Sequence record: MK373782.1
Length of the DNA stretch: 64,000 nt
Reading direction: 5' to 3' (one strand)
DNA from: Escherichia phage vB_EcoM_KAW3E185
Made by a program: the position numbers and the translations under genes. Shown here one piece after another: positions 62,110 through 64,000 of this stretch. A model generated the notes under the pieces. That model worked only from the letters and a program-made list of their open reading frames with translations. It ran no database searches and was not told where the DNA came from. Every line of letters starts with the position of its first letter. Position 1 is the first letter of the stretch.

Positions 62110-64000
62110 ATGGCTACATTAAAACAGATACAATTTAAAAGAAGCAAAGTGGCAGGAGTTAATCCTACTGCAGCACAATTAGCCGAAGGCGAATTAGCGA
62201 TAAACTTAAAAGACCGAACTCTTTTTACTAAAGATGACCTCGGTAATATTATTAGCCTAGGCTTTGCTAAGGGCGGGGATATTAACGGTAATGTAACTCA
62301 AACTGGTGATTATTTACAAAACGGCGCGTATAATCTCAATGGAAATCAGTTTGTTTATGCAGGAAAATACATTGAATTTTTACCTAAAACCACTGGAAAT
62401 GGCGCTTGGGCTAACCAACATTCGAATAAAGCCCCTATCTTTACAGATTTAAGTTCAACTACTTCTGTTTCAGAATACCATCCACTGATTAAACAACGCT
62501 ATAAAGATGGAACTTTTTCTGCCGGTACATTAGTAAACGAAGGTAGTTTTAAATTCCATTATATTGATGAAACCCGGACTTCAAAATACTGGACTTTTAA
62601 TCGAAACGGTAATTTTCAAGTTGATTCCGGAAGTTTATTAGTATCTAATGGATATTTAGTTACTCAAAGTAATATTGAAACTAAAGCTGGTTCTTTAATT
62701 GGTCCTAAAGTTATTACCAAAAATATCAATGTGAGCACTAAATCTTGGGACACTAATATTGATACTGCATATGATTTAGTTTCATTACCGACTTGGCAGT
62801 ATACTCCAACCGAAACGGATTTGGATACTAATGGTATAAACTACCTTCGTAAATTCCGCGGACATGTTTCTTCTGCTATTTTCCATGAAGTTGCTGATGC
62901 TCGTTCAGGTAAACCACAGAATATTTCGTATTGGACGGGACGTAATGCCGAAGTTTATCAATGGTCTTATACCACAGATGGGCGTATGTCTGTTGCTAAT
63001 TCGATAGGTATAGGTCTTGCTGATGTTGGTGACCAAGGACGTTATCCATTGGTTTCGTTTGGTAAAGGTATTGCAATTGGTGACAATGATACTGGTATTA
63101 AATGGGTTCGTGACGGCGTTATTGATTTGATTGCTAACGGGGTTTCGACCGGTACAATAAACAGTACTGGTATTAACAGCACTAAGAAATTGATGGTCGG
63201 TTATAGCCGCGATTCTGGTACTACTTGGGATTACCCAAATAACAACCAAGCAATGTTTACTGCGCGCACCGATGTTGATGGTAATAATAACGGCGATGGA
63301 CAGACTCATATCGGTTATAGCAGCAATGCCAAGATGTATCACTATTTCCGTGGTACAGGTCGTATGTCCGTTAGTATGGGCGATGGACTTCTTGTTGAGC
63401 CCGGCATTTTAGATATTAAAACCGGTTCAAATTCGCTAAATTTGCGTGCTGATGGTACCATCGCTTCTGTTCAAACGTTAAAACTTAATAACGGATTATA
63501 TTTTAATGGTGATGGAACTAATGCTTCTCTAGTTTTTAAAGCAGCTTCAGGTATTGATGGCACTAAGCAAATAATGTGGGAAGGCGGTACTCGTGCAGGT
63601 CAGAACAAAAGTTATGTGACCGTGAAAGCATGGGGTAACTCATTTAATGCTACTGGTGATAAAGCTCGAGAAACCGTATTTGAGGTTTCTGATGGCCAAG
63701 GTTATTATTTCTATTCTCAACGCGTAGCTCCGACCGGTTCTGAAACTACAGGCCCTGTTGTAACCCAGTTCAATGGACAAGTTAATGCTAGAGGAAGTAT
63801 TATTACTGACGGAAGTTTTAAAGTTAATGGATTAAGCACTTTAGTCGGTAATGTTACTATGTCTAATGGTTTGTTTGTCCAAGGTGGTTCTTCTATTACT
63901 GGACAGGTAAAAATTGGTGGAACGGCTGATGCATTAAGAATTTGGAATGCTGAATACGGTGCTATTTTCCGTCGTTCTGAAGATAAGCTTTATATTATTC
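62110..64000 (+). CDS. 37: Long tail fibre distal subunit gp37, N-terminal ~630 aa (truncated by window end); not in ORF track
   Basis: Open frame from ATG 62110 to window end; starts MATLKQIQFKRSK; conserved block ...THIGYSSNAKMYHYFRGTG...KAWGNSFNATGD...NVTMSNGLFVQGGSSITGQVKIGG...IWNAEYGAIFRRSE. Confidence 0.85.
   Translation, partial: MATLKQIQFKRSKVAGVNPTAAQLAEGELAINLKDRTLFTKDDLGNIISLGFAKGGDINGNVTQTGDYLQNGAYNLNGNQFVYAGKYIEFLPKTTGNGAWANQHSNKAPIFTDLSSTTSVSEYHPLIKQRYKDGTFSAGTLVNEGSFKFHYIDETRTSKYWTFNRNGNFQVDSGSLLVSNGYLVTQSNIETKAGSLIGPKVITKNINVSTKSWDTNIDTAYDLVSLPTWQYTPTETDLDTNGINYLRKFRGHVSSAIFHEVADARSGKPQNISYWTGRNAEVYQWSYTTDGRMSVANSIGIGLADVGDQGRYPLVSFGKGIAIGDNDTGIKWVRDGVIDLIANGVSTGTINSTGINSTKKLMVGYSRDSGTTWDYPNNNQAMFTARTDVDGNNNGDGQTHIGYSSNAKMYHYFRGTGRMSVSMGDGLLVEPGILDIKTGSNSLNLRADGTIASVQTLKLNNGLYFNGDGTNASLVFKAASGIDGTKQIMWEGGTRAGQNKSYVTVKAWGNSFNATGDKARETVFEVSDGQGYYFYSQRVAPTGSETTGPVVTQFNGQVNARGSIITDGSFKVNGLSTLVGNVTMSNGLFVQGGSSITGQVKIGGTADALRIWNAEYGAIFRRSEDKLYII

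Overview
This window is a contiguous, densely packed segment of a T4-like (Tevenvirinae-type) myovirus genome, collinear with the T4 map from gene 14 (3' part) to gene 37 (5' part). All calls rest on reading the six-frame translations for family signature motifs, ORF length and conserved gene order; no database search was run. Content in order: head/neck/tail morphogenesis (14, 15, 16, 17, 18, 19, 20, 67, 68, 21, 22, 23, 24), rnlB, hoc, inh, uvsW, uvsY, baseplate genes (25, 26, 51, 27, 28, 29, 48, 54), alt, DNA ligase 30 with its small downstream ORFs, rIII, 31, cd, pseT, a spanin pair, alc, rnlA, denA, an intron-split nrdB carrying an intact HNH endonuclease ORF, mobE, nrdA, td (uninterrupted), frd, 32, 59, 33, dsbA, rnh and tail-fibre genes 34, 35, 36, 37 (truncated). 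Regulatory signals are readable: TATAAATA late promoters, GTTTAC-N17/18-TAnTAT early promoters, MotA-box middle promoters before uvsY and 31, UUCG/CGAA-loop terminator hairpins, and the gene 32 translational operator. The strongest candidate for something outside the canonical T4 gene set is a complete class I DAHP synthase (AroG-like, shikimate pathway entry) translationally coupled to dCMP deaminase. Secondary points are a 263-nt ORF-free leader ahead of a 59-aa basic protein, and four homing-endonuclease genes. I found no CRISPR array, tRNA gene, integrase or defence-island-like insertion; most of the window is ordinary T4-type core genome.
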